A stretch of DNA of 64,000 bases from Treponemataceae bacterium (GCA_963677895.2 CAXXGJ010000018.1:128001-192000); one strand, 5' to 3'. Shown: positions 19,992 through 29,484, numbered from the stretch's first letter. The notes: generated by a model from the letters alone, not told the origin. Translations and numbers: made by a program.

Positions 19992-20723
19992 CTAGGCCAG
20001 ATAATCCGGCTTGATGTGGCTCATCGATTTGAAGATGTTCCGCTTGGCGAGACTGGAGCCCGAGGTAAGGTTCTCTATCAGCTTTCTCGTGGTCTTTCGC
20101 GCTCCCTCGCTGTTGAAGCCGCAGGTGCAGGTGTGCGACGTGAACCCGAGCTCATTGGCGCAGGCAATCACCTGCCTTTCTTCGCAAAGCGCCAAGGGGC
20201 GGATGACCGTGAGGGGGTAGTTGTTGTATTTCATCACGGGCGGCATCGTGGCGAATTCGCCCTTCCTCATCATGTTCATGAAGAGGGTCTCGAGGATGTC
20301 GTCCATGTGGTGGCCAAGCGCGAGCTTGTTGAATCCATTCGCCCTGGCGTAGCGCGACAGCTCCGTGCGACGTTGTGTGGCGCACCAGAAACAGTTCATG
20401 GTTTCGCCGGGTTTGAGCCTGCCCGCGACGGGCACGTCGATGCGCCTGTAGGGGATGCGCCATTCGGCCATCCGCGCCGCTATCCACGAATCGTCCGTCT
20501 TTTCGGCCAGGCCCGCTTCGTTCATGTCGCTGGCGATGAAACAAGCTTCGATTTCGAAAGGCACTTCCCACCATGACCGCTTCATGGAAAGATCGCGCGC
20601 GAGGCAGCTCGAGTCTTTGCCGCCCGAGACGCCGATGAGGATGCGGTCGCCGGGGCTTATCATCTCGTAATGGCGCAGCGCGATCTCGATGAGTTTGGCG
20701 AGTGTGGTCTCGGCGTTTTTCAC
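19992..20723 (-). CDS. ttcA: tRNA 2-thiocytidine biosynthesis TtcA family protein
   Basis: PP-loop SGGKDS, CFWC, GHHMDD, IRPL; GTG start overlaps the hslO stop. Confidence 0.85.
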   Translation of the reverse strand: MKNAETTLAKLIEIALRHYEMISPGDRILIGVSGGKDSSCLARDLSMKRSWWEVPFEIEACFIASDMNEAGLAEKTDDSWIAARMAEWRIPYRRIDVPVAGRLKPGETMNCFWCATQRRTELSRYARANGFNKLALGHHMDDILETLFMNMMRKGEFATMPPVMKYNNYPLTVIRPLALCEERQVIACANELGFTSHTCTCGFNSEGARKTTRKLIENLTSGSSLAKRNIFKSMSHIKPDYLA

Positions 20724-21664
20724 AATCGGGAGCCTTTTTCCACCTCTGTTTTTTCGAAAGCGTAGGTGGATGAACAGTAATGGCATTGCGCTTCGAGCGG
20801 CCAAGGGCCATTTTCCAGGATATCCGCGATTATCGCTTTGTCCAGGGAGGCGATGTGGCTCAGGAAGCGTTCGCGGGAGCAGGGACAGTCGAAATAGAAT
20901 TCACTCTCGGCCGTTCTCAGCGCCCCGACATCGCCAAAAATCGACGCGATAAGGTTGTCCCTCGTCCCCCCTTGAGCGAACCAGAGTCCCAGAGGCGGCA
21001 GCGACTGGAGCTTCGACTCGGCCAGGGCGAGAAATTCGTCTTCCGCGCCAGGCATGGCCTGGAGCAGGAGGGCACCGGCACCATGGGGAAGGCCTTCCTG
21101 GGTGAAATAGATGCCCGAATCGATGGCGGTCCTGGTCTGTTCCGATTCGAAGAAGTAATGGGTAAGGTCCTTGTTGATGTTGCCTGTATGGAGAGGCACG
21201 GAGCCCATGAAGGGCTTCGATTCGCCTTCGATCCTGGTTATCGAGAGGGACCCTTGACCGAAAAGGGCGGCGGGGGAATCGACGGTCATCGCTTCCTTGG
21301 GCAGCGGGTTCACGAAGAGTCTTCCTCGCGCGTTTATTCTTCCCGAAGGCAGTTTCATGCCTTCGGCGCTCATGCCTTCGGCGGGACCGGAACCGTCGAT
21401 ACGCAGCATGATGCTTCCCGGATCCTTGAGAAGCGAGGCCATGAGGCCGGCGCAGAGCATCCCTTTCCCCAGCGTCAGCGTTTCCAGGGGGCCGAGCTCG
21501 TGGTTCGCCCTCAACTGGCAGATGGCCCGCGTGCCATGGACAAGAACGCCCCTCATCTGGATTTCGCTTCCGCGAGGGCCCATGGAAAACCAGGTGACAC
21601 CATCGGGGCTCAAGGTGGAGAGGTGAAGTTCCAGGGAAGGATCGTTGAGTGCTTTCCTTATCAT
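20720..21664 (-). CDS. hslO: Hsp33 redox-regulated chaperone
   Basis: YFFESEQ, C-terminal Zn motif CPC...CHYC. Confidence 0.9.
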   Translation of the reverse strand: MIRKALNDPSLELHLSTLSPDGVTWFSMGPRGSEIQMRGVLVHGTRAICQLRANHELGPLETLTLGKGMLCAGLMASLLKDPGSIMLRIDGSGPAEGMSAEGMKLPSGRINARGRLFVNPLPKEAMTVDSPAALFGQGSLSITRIEGESKPFMGSVPLHTGNINKDLTHYFFESEQTRTAIDSGIYFTQEGLPHGAGALLLQAMPGAEDEFLALAESKLQSLPPLGLWFAQGGTRDNLIASIFGDVGALRTAESEFYFDCPCSRERFLSHIASLDKAIIADILENGPWPLEAQCHYCSSTYAFEKTEVEKGSRL

Positions 21665-21954
21665 GAGCGGAATGTACGCGCAAGGCACAGCCCTGGTCAA
21701 GCGCGCTCCGGCGTCATCGACGCCGCGATAAAGTGCCGCGCGTCAGGCGAGCGGCATTTTCGAGATAGTCCCATTTTGATTCCTGGGAAATATTTTCCCA
21801 TAGTGAGAATTTTCTCCTGTATTAGGCTGATCCGCGGTTCAGCTTTTTTCGAGCTTATACTGATCTTTTTTCGCAAATCCCTACATACGCTCCGCTTTTG
21901 ACGATTTTTCCGGAAAATCTCCGGGAAATACCGGAAAAATAATAATTATAAAAT

Positions 21955-21970
21955 TGGCATGAAATTTGCA
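21955..21970 (+). promoter_or_regulatory. Sigma54 (-24/-12) promoter
   Basis: TGGCAT-GAAAT-TTGCA with exact GG-N10-GC spacing, 35 nt upstream of ATG 22006; palindromes upstream (TGGGAAATATTTTCCCA, GAGAATTTTCTC). Confidence 0.75.
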
Positions 21971-22005
21971 TTAATAATCTACGCTATCGTTCTCAAGGAG
22001 GAATC

Positions 22006-22896
22006 ATGAAGGTGAAAAGTCTGAAACTGAAAAAGGGCGCGGGAAATATCAGGCATATCGTGCAGGCCGCTTTTTTCGTGATCGTGGCGATCACGACCAC
22101 GGTGGCGATCCTGAACGAAAAAGGATTGGCCATACCATTCATACCCGATGCCTCGCTCCACGCGGTCTGTCCCTTCGGCGGGGTGGTTTCATTCTGGCAG
22201 CTGCTGAATTTCGGAACGCTCGTGAAAAAGGTTCACGAGTCTTCGGTCGTTCTGGCCGCGCTCGGGCTTCTGCTCTCTCTTCTTTTCGGCCCGGTTATCT
22301 GCGGTTGGGTATGCCCCTTCGGCACCTTCCAGGAGTGGATGGGAAAGCTGGGCAGAAAACTGTTCGGCAGGAAGTACAACAATTTCGTGCCTCGCCGACT
22401 GGATAAGGTCCTGCGCTATCTGCGCTACCTCGTTCTCATTTGGGTCAGCTACATGACGGTCGTCACCGGAAAACTAATCTTCCAGGACTACGATCCCTAC
22501 TTCACCCTCTTCAATTTCTGGACGGGAGAGGTAGCGATCACCGGCTATATAGCGCTCGCGCTGGTCATCGTGCTGTCGCTCTTCGTCGAGAGACCTTTCT
22601 GCAAATATGCCTGTCCCTATGGCGCCGTCCAGGGAATCTTCAATCTGTTCAGGATTTTCGGAATAAGGCGGAACGCGCCTTCCTGCATTTCCTGCAAAAA
22701 ATGCGATAAAGCCTGCCCGATGAACATCGAGGTTTCGACTTCGAAGGTCGTGAGAGACCATCAATGCATTTCCTGCCTCGAATGCACGAGCGACGCGGCA
22801 TGCCCGGTATCGGCCACCGTCGAGATGCTCGCGTTGCCGGGAAGGGTCAAGGACAGCTTCGTGAAACCGGCAGTCAAAAACGCGGACAAGGAATAA
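22006..22896 (+). CDS. Membrane 4Fe-4S binding protein (NapH/YccM-like polyferredoxin)
   Basis: CPFGG, CGWVCPFG, CKYACPYG, CxxCxxCxxxCP motifs; several TM segments. Confidence 0.9.
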   Translation: MKVKSLKLKKGAGNIRHIVQAAFFVIVAITTTVAILNEKGLAIPFIPDASLHAVCPFGGVVSFWQLLNFGTLVKKVHESSVVLAALGLLLSLLFGPVICGWVCPFGTFQEWMGKLGRKLFGRKYNNFVPRRLDKVLRYLRYLVLIWVSYMTVVTGKLIFQDYDPYFTLFNFWTGEVAITGYIALALVIVLSLFVERPFCKYACPYGAVQGIFNLFRIFGIRRNAPSCISCKKCDKACPMNIEVSTSKVVRDHQCISCLECTSDAACPVSATVEMLALPGRVKDSFVKPAVKNADKE

Positions 22897-22908
22897 GGGA
22901 GGCCGAAC

Positions 22909-23760
22909 ATGAAACTTACAATCAAATCCATGGGGATCATCGTCGTTGGCGCTTTCGTCGCGGGCATCGCCGGCGCCGCCGTACTGGGGTTCTGGAAGAC
23001 GACAAGCTCCAAGCAGCCGGTCGCCATCAAGGAGGGGGAGTTCGCCGGTCTCCCGAATCCTTCCGATATACGCGGCTCCTATACCTGGGCCGACGTGGCA
23101 AAGGCCTTCAACTTCGATGTAAAGCTCGCTCTGGACGCTTTTGGCGCCGCCAGCGAGACCGAAAAAGTGAACACCCTCGAAACGATCTATGGCGAAGCGG
23201 GCTTGCCTGAAGGCGTGGAGATTGGCACCGATTCCGTAAGGCTATTCGTGAGCCTGCTCACCGGTCTGCCCCATACGTCCGAAGAAGGGACGATACTTCC
23301 CTCTTCCGCGATCGCCGTGCTCCGCGAATACGGGAAGGCCGAAACCTCCCTCATCGAAGCCGCGGCGGCGAAAGCTTTTGATCCGTTGGCCGCCGCGAGC
23401 CCTGGGCCGGCAAGCCCCCTTCCAGCGAGTCCCGCTCCCGCGAGCCCGGCTTCAGCGAGCGCGTCCCCCGCGAAACCCGCGCCGACACCAGCCCCCGCGG
23501 CCTCATCGTCGACTACGACAATCACGACGGTCAAGGCGGAAAGCGCCGCCGTTGAGCATGTCGCCACGCCGGGCACCATAACGGGCAAGACGACCTTCAA
23601 GGAACTGAAGGACTGGGGGCTGGACGAGGAGAAGATCAAGACCGCCACCGGCGGGAAGACCGGCCCCGACAGCTCGGTGATCAAAGACTGGGCGGCTGCC
23701 AACGGGCTTACTTTCTCGGAGCTGAAGGTCAAGCTACAGGACCTTTTCCCGGCCCCATGA
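22909..23760 (+). CDS. Membrane-anchored hypothetical protein with Pro/Ala/Ser-rich linker
   Basis: SD GGAGG, N-terminal TM, PASP-repeat linker; directly follows the 4Fe-4S gene. Confidence 0.75.
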   Translation: MKLTIKSMGIIVVGAFVAGIAGAAVLGFWKTTSSKQPVAIKEGEFAGLPNPSDIRGSYTWADVAKAFNFDVKLALDAFGAASETEKVNTLETIYGEAGLPEGVEIGTDSVRLFVSLLTGLPHTSEEGTILPSSAIAVLREYGKAETSLIEAAAAKAFDPLAAASPGPASPLPASPAPASPASASASPAKPAPTPAPAASSSTTTITTVKAESAAVEHVATPGTITGKTTFKELKDWGLDEEKIKTATGGKTGPDSSVIKDWAAANGLTFSELKVKLQDLFPAP

Positions 23761-23782
23761 AGCCCTAAGTCGGGGATTGAGC

Positions 23783-24398
23783 CTATCGTCCTATGACGGA
23801 GTTTATGAAGGTGACGAGAACGTCGAGAGCCCTCTCGTTCGCGCCGCCTTCGGGTATGATGATATCGGCGAAGGATTTCGTGGGTTCGATGAATTCATAG
23901 TGACCCGGGCGGACGACGGTCAGATATTGTTCGACGACCGAATCCAGGGTCCTGCCGCGTTCCTTGATGTCGCGGATGAGCCTTCGGATGAACCTGATGT
24001 CGTCCGGCGTATCCACGAAAATCTTCAGATCGATGAGATCGCGCACCGCTTTGTTGGTAAAAATCATTATGCCTTCGAACAGGATCACCTTTTGCGGCGC
24101 CATATGCACCGTTTCCTGACGTCCGCCTGTGGTGGACGAAGTCGTAGGTGGGCATTTCGATGCTTTCGCCTTTCTTGAGCGCCGTCAGGTGTTCGATGAG
24201 GAGATCGTTGTCGAAGGCGTCGGGGTGGTCGAAATTGAACGCGGTGATATTGGCGTTCGAAATGTATTCAGCCGATTTGTAATAATTATCCTGAGGTATG
24301 AAAACGAAGTCGGAGACGAGTTCCGAAATTTTCCTGACGATGGTGGTCTTGCCGGAACCCGTGCCGCCGCAGATGCCTATCACTTTAGAAGCTGTCAT
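23783..24398 (-). pseudogene. udk: Uridine kinase with one extra base (frameshift near 24115)
   Basis: [22 protein letters not shown] in one frame; [26 protein letters not shown] in the +1 frame; 616 nt = 205 codons + 1. Could be a sequencing error. Confidence 0.8.
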
Positions 24399-24480
24399 CG
24401 GATAAGCCTAGCACGGGACGCGAAAAGCGTAAATGAGTCAAAAAAAGGATCGATCGGAATAAGGAATCGTCGCCGCGGCG

Positions 24481-24528
24481 ATCGCCAGACGATCATTGCC
24501 AGGCATCGCCAGGCGGTCATTGCCAGGC
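24481..24528. repeat. 24-bp tandem duplication spanning the nitroreductase stop codon
   Basis: ATCGCCAGACGATCATTGCCAGGC followed by ATCGCCAGGCGGTCATTGCCAGGC (22/24 identical). Confidence 0.7.
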
Positions 24529-25090
24529 GACGCCAAAGCTGTCCATGAAGAATGTCTCCCCGAGCGGCTTGCGGCTCCGCGCCGAATCTTCGCTTTTCCT
24601 CGGGCCTTCGGCCAGGAGTGCCGGATCGCCGGGCTTTCCCACGGCCATCACGCAGAGGGCGACCAGTTCAGGCGGAATGCCGAGCGCGGTCTTCATCTTG
24701 GCCGGCGCGAAGCCCGCCATCGGATGGGCGTAGAGACCTTCCCGCTGCGCCTGAAGCTGCAGCGCCATCGCCGCCTGGCCGAGATCGAAGAAAGAATAGT
24801 CCCTTCCGCCGTCCTGTCTGCAGTCCAGGTGGGGGCCTGTCACGAAGACAAGGAGCAGGGGAGCGGCCAGGGCCCAGGAATTGCCCGGCGTCAGCGCTTC
24901 GGCCACCGCCTTGTAGCAGTCGTTTCCTTCCCGCTTTTCAACGGCGATGATACGCCATGCCTGATTGTTGAAACATGAAGGCGCGAGGGAAGCCGCCTCG
25001 AGCAGCCTGGTTACGGTTTTCCTGTCGAGGGCTTCGTCCGGAAATCGCCCTTCGCGCCCTTCGGCCCGCCAGCTCAGGAAGCAGATCCAT
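24517..25090 (-). pseudogene. Nitroreductase family protein with one extra base (frameshift near 25038)
   Basis: SD GGAGG + MDLLPELAGRRARRAIS, then +1 frame DEALDRKTVTRLLEAASLAPSCFNNQAWR...DLGQAA..HPMAGF; 574 nt = 191 codons + 1. Confidence 0.8.
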
Positions 25091-25964
25091 GGTTTCCTCC
25101 ATTCATGAGAAATCGTTCCACTTCGTCGACCATGGAATCCGGCGTCGAGGCGCCGGCCGAAAGTCCGACTTTATCGAAGGCGAAAATCTCGTCGGGCAGC
25201 TCCTCCGCCGTCTCTATATGCCATGCCGGCTTGCCCGATTCCACGGCGGCCATGAAAAGACGCTGCGTGTTGGCCGAATTTTTTCCTCCGACGATGATGA
25301 GGGCATCCACCTGGCCCGCGAGCTTCGCGAGGGCGTCCTGCCTCTCGCCCGTCGCGGGGCACAGTGTTTCCACCGCCAGGAAGGAGGGGCTCAGACTCTG
25401 GAATTGGGCGACGATGGCGTCATACTCGCTCTGCTTGATCGTCGTCTGGGCTATCAGCGCCACGGGACGCGCCACCCAGGACTCGGCCAGCGCCTTGGCT
25501 TCCTGGGCGTTTTCCACGACCACTGCTCCCGGGGCGCAGCCGAGAATGCCGGCGACTTCCCCATGGGAACGATCGCCAGCTATGGCGACCGAATATCCCC
25601 GATCGATCAGTTCGCTCGCCTTTTTTTGGCTCCTGAGCACGCGGGGGCAGGTGGCGTCCATGATGCGGGCGCCCAGTCGCTTGAGGTGTTCGAAGGCTTC
25701 GGGAGGAGCTCCGTGAGCCCTGATGACGACGATGGAACCGCTTGCCTTCCCGTCCAGCGATCCTGAGTCGAATTCTTCAGGATCAAGCACGCTCAGGCCG
25801 GCTTTTTCAAGCTCCGCGACCGCCTGGGGATTGTGTATGAGGGGACCATAGGTGAACACGGGACGGCCTTCTTTCTGTCCCTCGCATGCCGCCTGCCTGG
25901 CCATGGCCTCGGCTCGTCGGACGCCCATGCACATCCCGAGAACTCCGGCTCTTATTATTGTCAT
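25074..25964 (-). CDS. ispH: 4-hydroxy-3-methylbut-2-enyl diphosphate reductase
   Basis: GMCMGV, LIHN, AHG, DATCP, AQTT, SANT, AGASTP; alternative start at 25979. Confidence 0.95.
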   Translation of the reverse strand: MTIIRAGVLGMCMGVRRAEAMARQAACEGQKEGRPVFTYGPLIHNPQAVAELEKAGLSVLDPEEFDSGSLDGKASGSIVVIRAHGAPPEAFEHLKRLGARIMDATCPRVLRSQKKASELIDRGYSVAIAGDRSHGEVAGILGCAPGAVVVENAQEAKALAESWVARPVALIAQTTIKQSEYDAIVAQFQSLSPSFLAVETLCPATGERQDALAKLAGQVDALIIVGGKNSANTQRLFMAAVESGKPAWHIETAEELPDEIFAFDKVGLSAGASTPDSMVDEVERFLMNGGNHGSAS

Positions 25965-26026
25965 ATGGCGACTATACATCAGCCTCCGCCTTTTGTCATT
26001 CAGGTTTTCACCCTCTCCCCGGGCTT

Positions 26027-26065
26027 AAAGCATAAATATCCAATAATTGTAAATAATTATATAAT
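26027..26065 (+). promoter_or_regulatory. Tandem ARG boxes (ArgR sites) upstream of the arcC promoter
   Basis: AAAGCATAAATATCCAAT-aat-TGTAAATAATTATATAAT: two 18-mers, 3 bp apart, with 1 and 2 mismatches to WNTGNATWWWWATNCANW; promoter TTGCCG-N16-TATACT at 26089-26116. Confidence 0.55.
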
Positions 26066-26190
26066 AAAAGAATAGGATCATATCCCGCTTGCCGGACGGG
26101 CAAAAAATGATATACTGGCAGGTCTGCGCAGCGCGGGCGCGGATACGTAAAATTGTTTTCCGAAGTCAGCCGCGTTTGCCGAAAGGAGAG

Positions 26191-27138
26191 ATGATGACGA
26201 ACCGAAAGACTATTGTCGTGGCCATGGGCGGAAATGCCATTATCGAAGAAGGCACCGAGGGAACCATCACGCAGCAGTTCGCCAATACCAGAAAAAGCCT
26301 CGCGGCCGTAGTCGGCATGATAAGCGAAGGCCACAAGGTCGTTCTCACGCATGGCAATGGCCCGCAGGCCGGCGTCCATCTCATCCGCAACGAAGCTGCG
26401 AGCGCCCAGGTGCCGCCGTCCCCCCTCGGCGTCATCGTCGCCGACACGCAGGGGTCGATGGGCTACATGATAGCCCAGAGCCTTCAGAACGCCCTGCTCA
26501 AGCACGGCGTCAACAAACAGGTCGTGACGATCATCACGCAGGTCGAAGTCGATCCGCAGGATCCCTCCATGCTGAATCCGACCAAGTATGTCGGACCTTT
26601 CTACAGGGCGGACCAGGTCGAGAAGCTTCGCGAGCGAGGCTGGCAGATAAAGGAGGATCCGGGCCGCGGCTTCCGCAGGGTCGTGCCCAGCCCCATCCCT
26701 CTCGACGTCGTCGAGAAGGATACGATCAAGGACCTCATCGATGACGGGAAGATCGTCATCGCCGTGGGTGGGGGCGGCGTGCCCGTCTATCGCGAGCCCG
26801 ACGGCAGCCTGGAAGGCGTCGATGCCGTCATCGACAAGGACAGGGCTTCCTCCCTTCTGGCGAATCTGATCAACGCCGACGAACTCATCATCCTGACCGG
26901 CGTCGACAAGGTGGCCATCAATTTCAAGAAGCCCAACCAGCAGTTTTTCGACCATATGACGGTCGCCGAATGCGAGCGCTACCTGGCCGAAGGGCAGTTT
27001 CCCAAGGGCTCGATGGGACCCAAAATCGAGGCAGCCTGCGATTTCATCAAGAGGGGAGGGGCGCGCGTCATCATCACGACCATGGAGAACGCCAGCCTTG
27101 CCGTGGAAGGAAAAGCCGGCACCGTCATCACGGCCTGA
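26191..27138 (+). CDS. arcC: Carbamate kinase
   Basis: AMGGNA, HGNGPQ, RRVVPSP, AVIDKD, GSMGPK; SD AAGGAG. Confidence 0.95.
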   Translation: MMTNRKTIVVAMGGNAIIEEGTEGTITQQFANTRKSLAAVVGMISEGHKVVLTHGNGPQAGVHLIRNEAASAQVPPSPLGVIVADTQGSMGYMIAQSLQNALLKHGVNKQVVTIITQVEVDPQDPSMLNPTKYVGPFYRADQVEKLRERGWQIKEDPGRGFRRVVPSPIPLDVVEKDTIKDLIDDGKIVIAVGGGGVPVYREPDGSLEGVDAVIDKDRASSLLANLINADELIILTGVDKVAINFKKPNQQFFDHMTVAECERYLAEGQFPKGSMGPKIEAACDFIKRGGARVIITTMENASLAVEGKAGTVITA

Positions 27139-27234
27139 GCTAGTCCTTCCGGAGTCCCGCATCGCAATGTTTAGCTTGACGAGTCTCTTGTATCCGTGGT
27201 ACTTTTTTTCGAATCTTTACATAAAGGATTGCAT

Positions 27235-27633
27235 ATGAATGCTATTTCCAAAGGCTTAGTCCTTCTTCAAGCTGCGGCTGCCAACCCCACCGGACAGATG
27301 GTTTCGACCCTCGTGACCTTCGGTCTCGTGTTCGTCGTCTTCTACTTCCTCATCATCCGCCCGCAGAACAAGAAGCAGAAAGAAATGAAGAACATGATCG
27401 CCGGCGTCAAGAAGGGCGACAAGATCGTGACCATCGGCGGCATCCATGGCACGGTTCACGCCGTCAAGGAAGGCACCGTCGTCGTCAAGGTCGACGATGA
27501 CTGCAAGATCGAGTTCTCCAAGTCCGCGGTAGCGACGGTTATCGTCGCCAAGACCGAGGAAAAACCCGTAGAAGTCCCCGCACAGACCGAAAAAGCTGAA
27601 AAAGCCGAAAAGTCCGAAGAAGAAAAGAAATAG
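27235..27633 (+). CDS. yajC: Preprotein translocase subunit YajC
   Basis: FYFLIIRPQNKKQK, GDKIVTIGGIHG. Confidence 0.95.
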   Translation: MNAISKGLVLLQAAAANPTGQMVSTLVTFGLVFVVFYFLIIRPQNKKQKEMKNMIAGVKKGDKIVTIGGIHGTVHAVKEGTVVVKVDDDCKIEFSKSAVATVIVAKTEEKPVEVPAQTEKAEKAEKSEEEKK

Positions 27634-27753
27634 TATCGAAGGCCTGACCTCCTCCTCACGGGAGTACTCTGATATTCATCTCCATGCCGCGTTTCGGCGT
27701 CAGAGGTAGGGGTCCGGTCATGTCAATGCGATATACAATGTGGAGTTATCGGA

Positions 27754-29484
27754 ATGAGTAAAATCCGTCGTCTGATCATCGTGCTTCTGGTGGTTGCCGT
27801 TTCCTTTGCCTTCCTGTTCCCGACGATACAGTGGTACGCACTGACGCCGAAGGAAGATCAGGCAACAGCGGTCGGCTCGCGCGAGCAGATTCGAGATTAT
27901 TCCCGCAGGATGGCCTATTCGGCCCTCGCGGAAATAAAGGACAAAGCGGCCGCTGGCGACACGACCGATCTTTCCAAGAAATTCGATGTCGTCGCCATCG
28001 TCGCGAAAAAAGCGTATAAAACCACCAAACGCGCGGTTCCCGCGCAGATGACGGCCGCCAATCTCCTCATGGCTTTCTCGAACGAAAGGTCCATGTTTGA
28101 CGCTGTCGAGTCCAAATACAGGGAAAAAGCGCTCAAGCTGAAGGATCTGCATGGCAACGCGGTCCAGCTGGGCCTTGACCTCGCGGGCGGCATGTCGGTG
28201 GTCATCCAGACTGACATGAAGGCGCTCTCCGAGAAGCTTGGGCACGAAGCCTCCTCTTCCGAACGCGAAGACGCCATGTCCCGCTCCGTCGAGGTGCTCA
28301 ATAGCCGCATCGACCAGTTCGGCCTGACCGAGCCTGTCATCAGGCGTCAGGGTGCCGATCAGATCTATGTCGAGATTCCAGGCACCGCCGATCCGGAAAG
28401 GATCAACTCCATAATCATGGGCAAGGGCAATCTCGGATTCTATATCGTGGATTCCGAGGCCACCTCAGCGCTCAGCTCCTATCTGACCAGCAATCCTCTC
28501 GGCGTCGACGAGAGGACGATGACGGTTTCAGAGCCGGGAATCGTTCCCGAGGGCAAGATCATCCAGAAGGTCTACAAGAAAGACAGCTACGGTCTCGACG
28601 AGTTCACGGGCGAGTACCTTGTCGTGGAAGGAAAACCCGGCCTCGATGGAAGCCATGTCCAAAGCGCCACGGTGTCCAGTGACCAGATCACCGGCCAGCC
28701 CGAGACCAACTTTGTCCTCGACAAAGAGGGCGGGGATATTTTCTACGCGATGACCAGCGCCAACGTCGGGAAGTCCATGGCGGTCGTCCTCGACGACAGG
28801 GTCAAGTCCTATGCCAGGATACAGGAACCGATCCGCGAATCGGTGCGCATCACCGGGTTCAACTCTGATGAGGCCCAGACACTCGCCACCCTGCTCAGAA
28901 CGGCGGCGCTTCCCGTGTCCATGTCGGTCGCCAACCAGCAGGCCATCGGCGCCTCGCTGGGCGAGGATGCCATAGCCCAGGGCAAGAACGCCATCATGGT
29001 CGGCCTGCTCGCCGTATTCGTGTTCATGTTCGCCTATTACAAGGGCGCCGGCGTAAACGCCACGATCGCGCAGGTCGCCAACCTCTTCATCATGATCTCG
29101 GTGCTTACCGCATTCAAGTTGACCTTGACCCTGCCTTCCATCGCCGGCTTCGTGCTGACGGTGGGCATGGCGGTCGACGCGAACGTCGTCATATTCGAGC
29201 GTATAAAAGAAGAGTTGCTCGACGGAAAAACCAGAAAGGCCTCCATCGAGGCCGGATTCCATAAGGCATTCTGGGCGGTCATGGACTCCAACATCACGAC
29301 GATCATCGCGGCTCTCTTCCTGGCTCAGCTTGGGTCGGGCTCCATTCAGGGCTTCGCGATTTCCCTTGCGATCGGCAACATAACCAGCCTTTTCACCTCG
29401 CTCTTTGTATCCAAGCTCATCTTTGATTTCGAGACCGATGTTCTTCAAAAAAAGAGCGTCTCCATCAGCTGGAGGATCAAGTAA
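27754..29484 (+). CDS. secD: Protein translocase subunit SecD
   Basis: LGLDLAGG, RIDQFG.TEP, GMAVDANVVIFERIKEE, DSNITT. Confidence 0.97.
   Translation: MSKIRRLIIVLLVVAVSFAFLFPTIQWYALTPKEDQATAVGSREQIRDYSRRMAYSALAEIKDKAAAGDTTDLSKKFDVVAIVAKKAYKTTKRAVPAQMTAANLLMAFSNERSMFDAVESKYREKALKLKDLHGNAVQLGLDLAGGMSVVIQTDMKALSEKLGHEASSSEREDAMSRSVEVLNSRIDQFGLTEPVIRRQGADQIYVEIPGTADPERINSIIMGKGNLGFYIVDSEATSALSSYLTSNPLGVDERTMTVSEPGIVPEGKIIQKVYKKDSYGLDEFTGEYLVVEGKPGLDGSHVQSATVSSDQITGQPETNFVLDKEGGDIFYAMTSANVGKSMAVVLDDRVKSYARIQEPIRESVRITGFNSDEAQTLATLLRTAALPVSMSVANQQAIGASLGEDAIAQGKNAIMVGLLAVFVFMFAYYKGAGVNATIAQVANLFIMISVLTAFKLTLTLPSIAGFVLTVGMAVDANVVIFERIKEELLDGKTRKASIEAGFHKAFWAVMDSNITTIIAALFLAQLGSGSIQGFAISLAIGNITSLFTSLFVSKLIFDFETDVLQKKSVSISWRIK

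Noticed and set aside
23395..23510. Short repeats considered as a CRISPR or VNTR array
   Set aside because: They encode a Pro/Ala/Ser protein linker; there is no repeat-spacer structure and no cas genes in the window.
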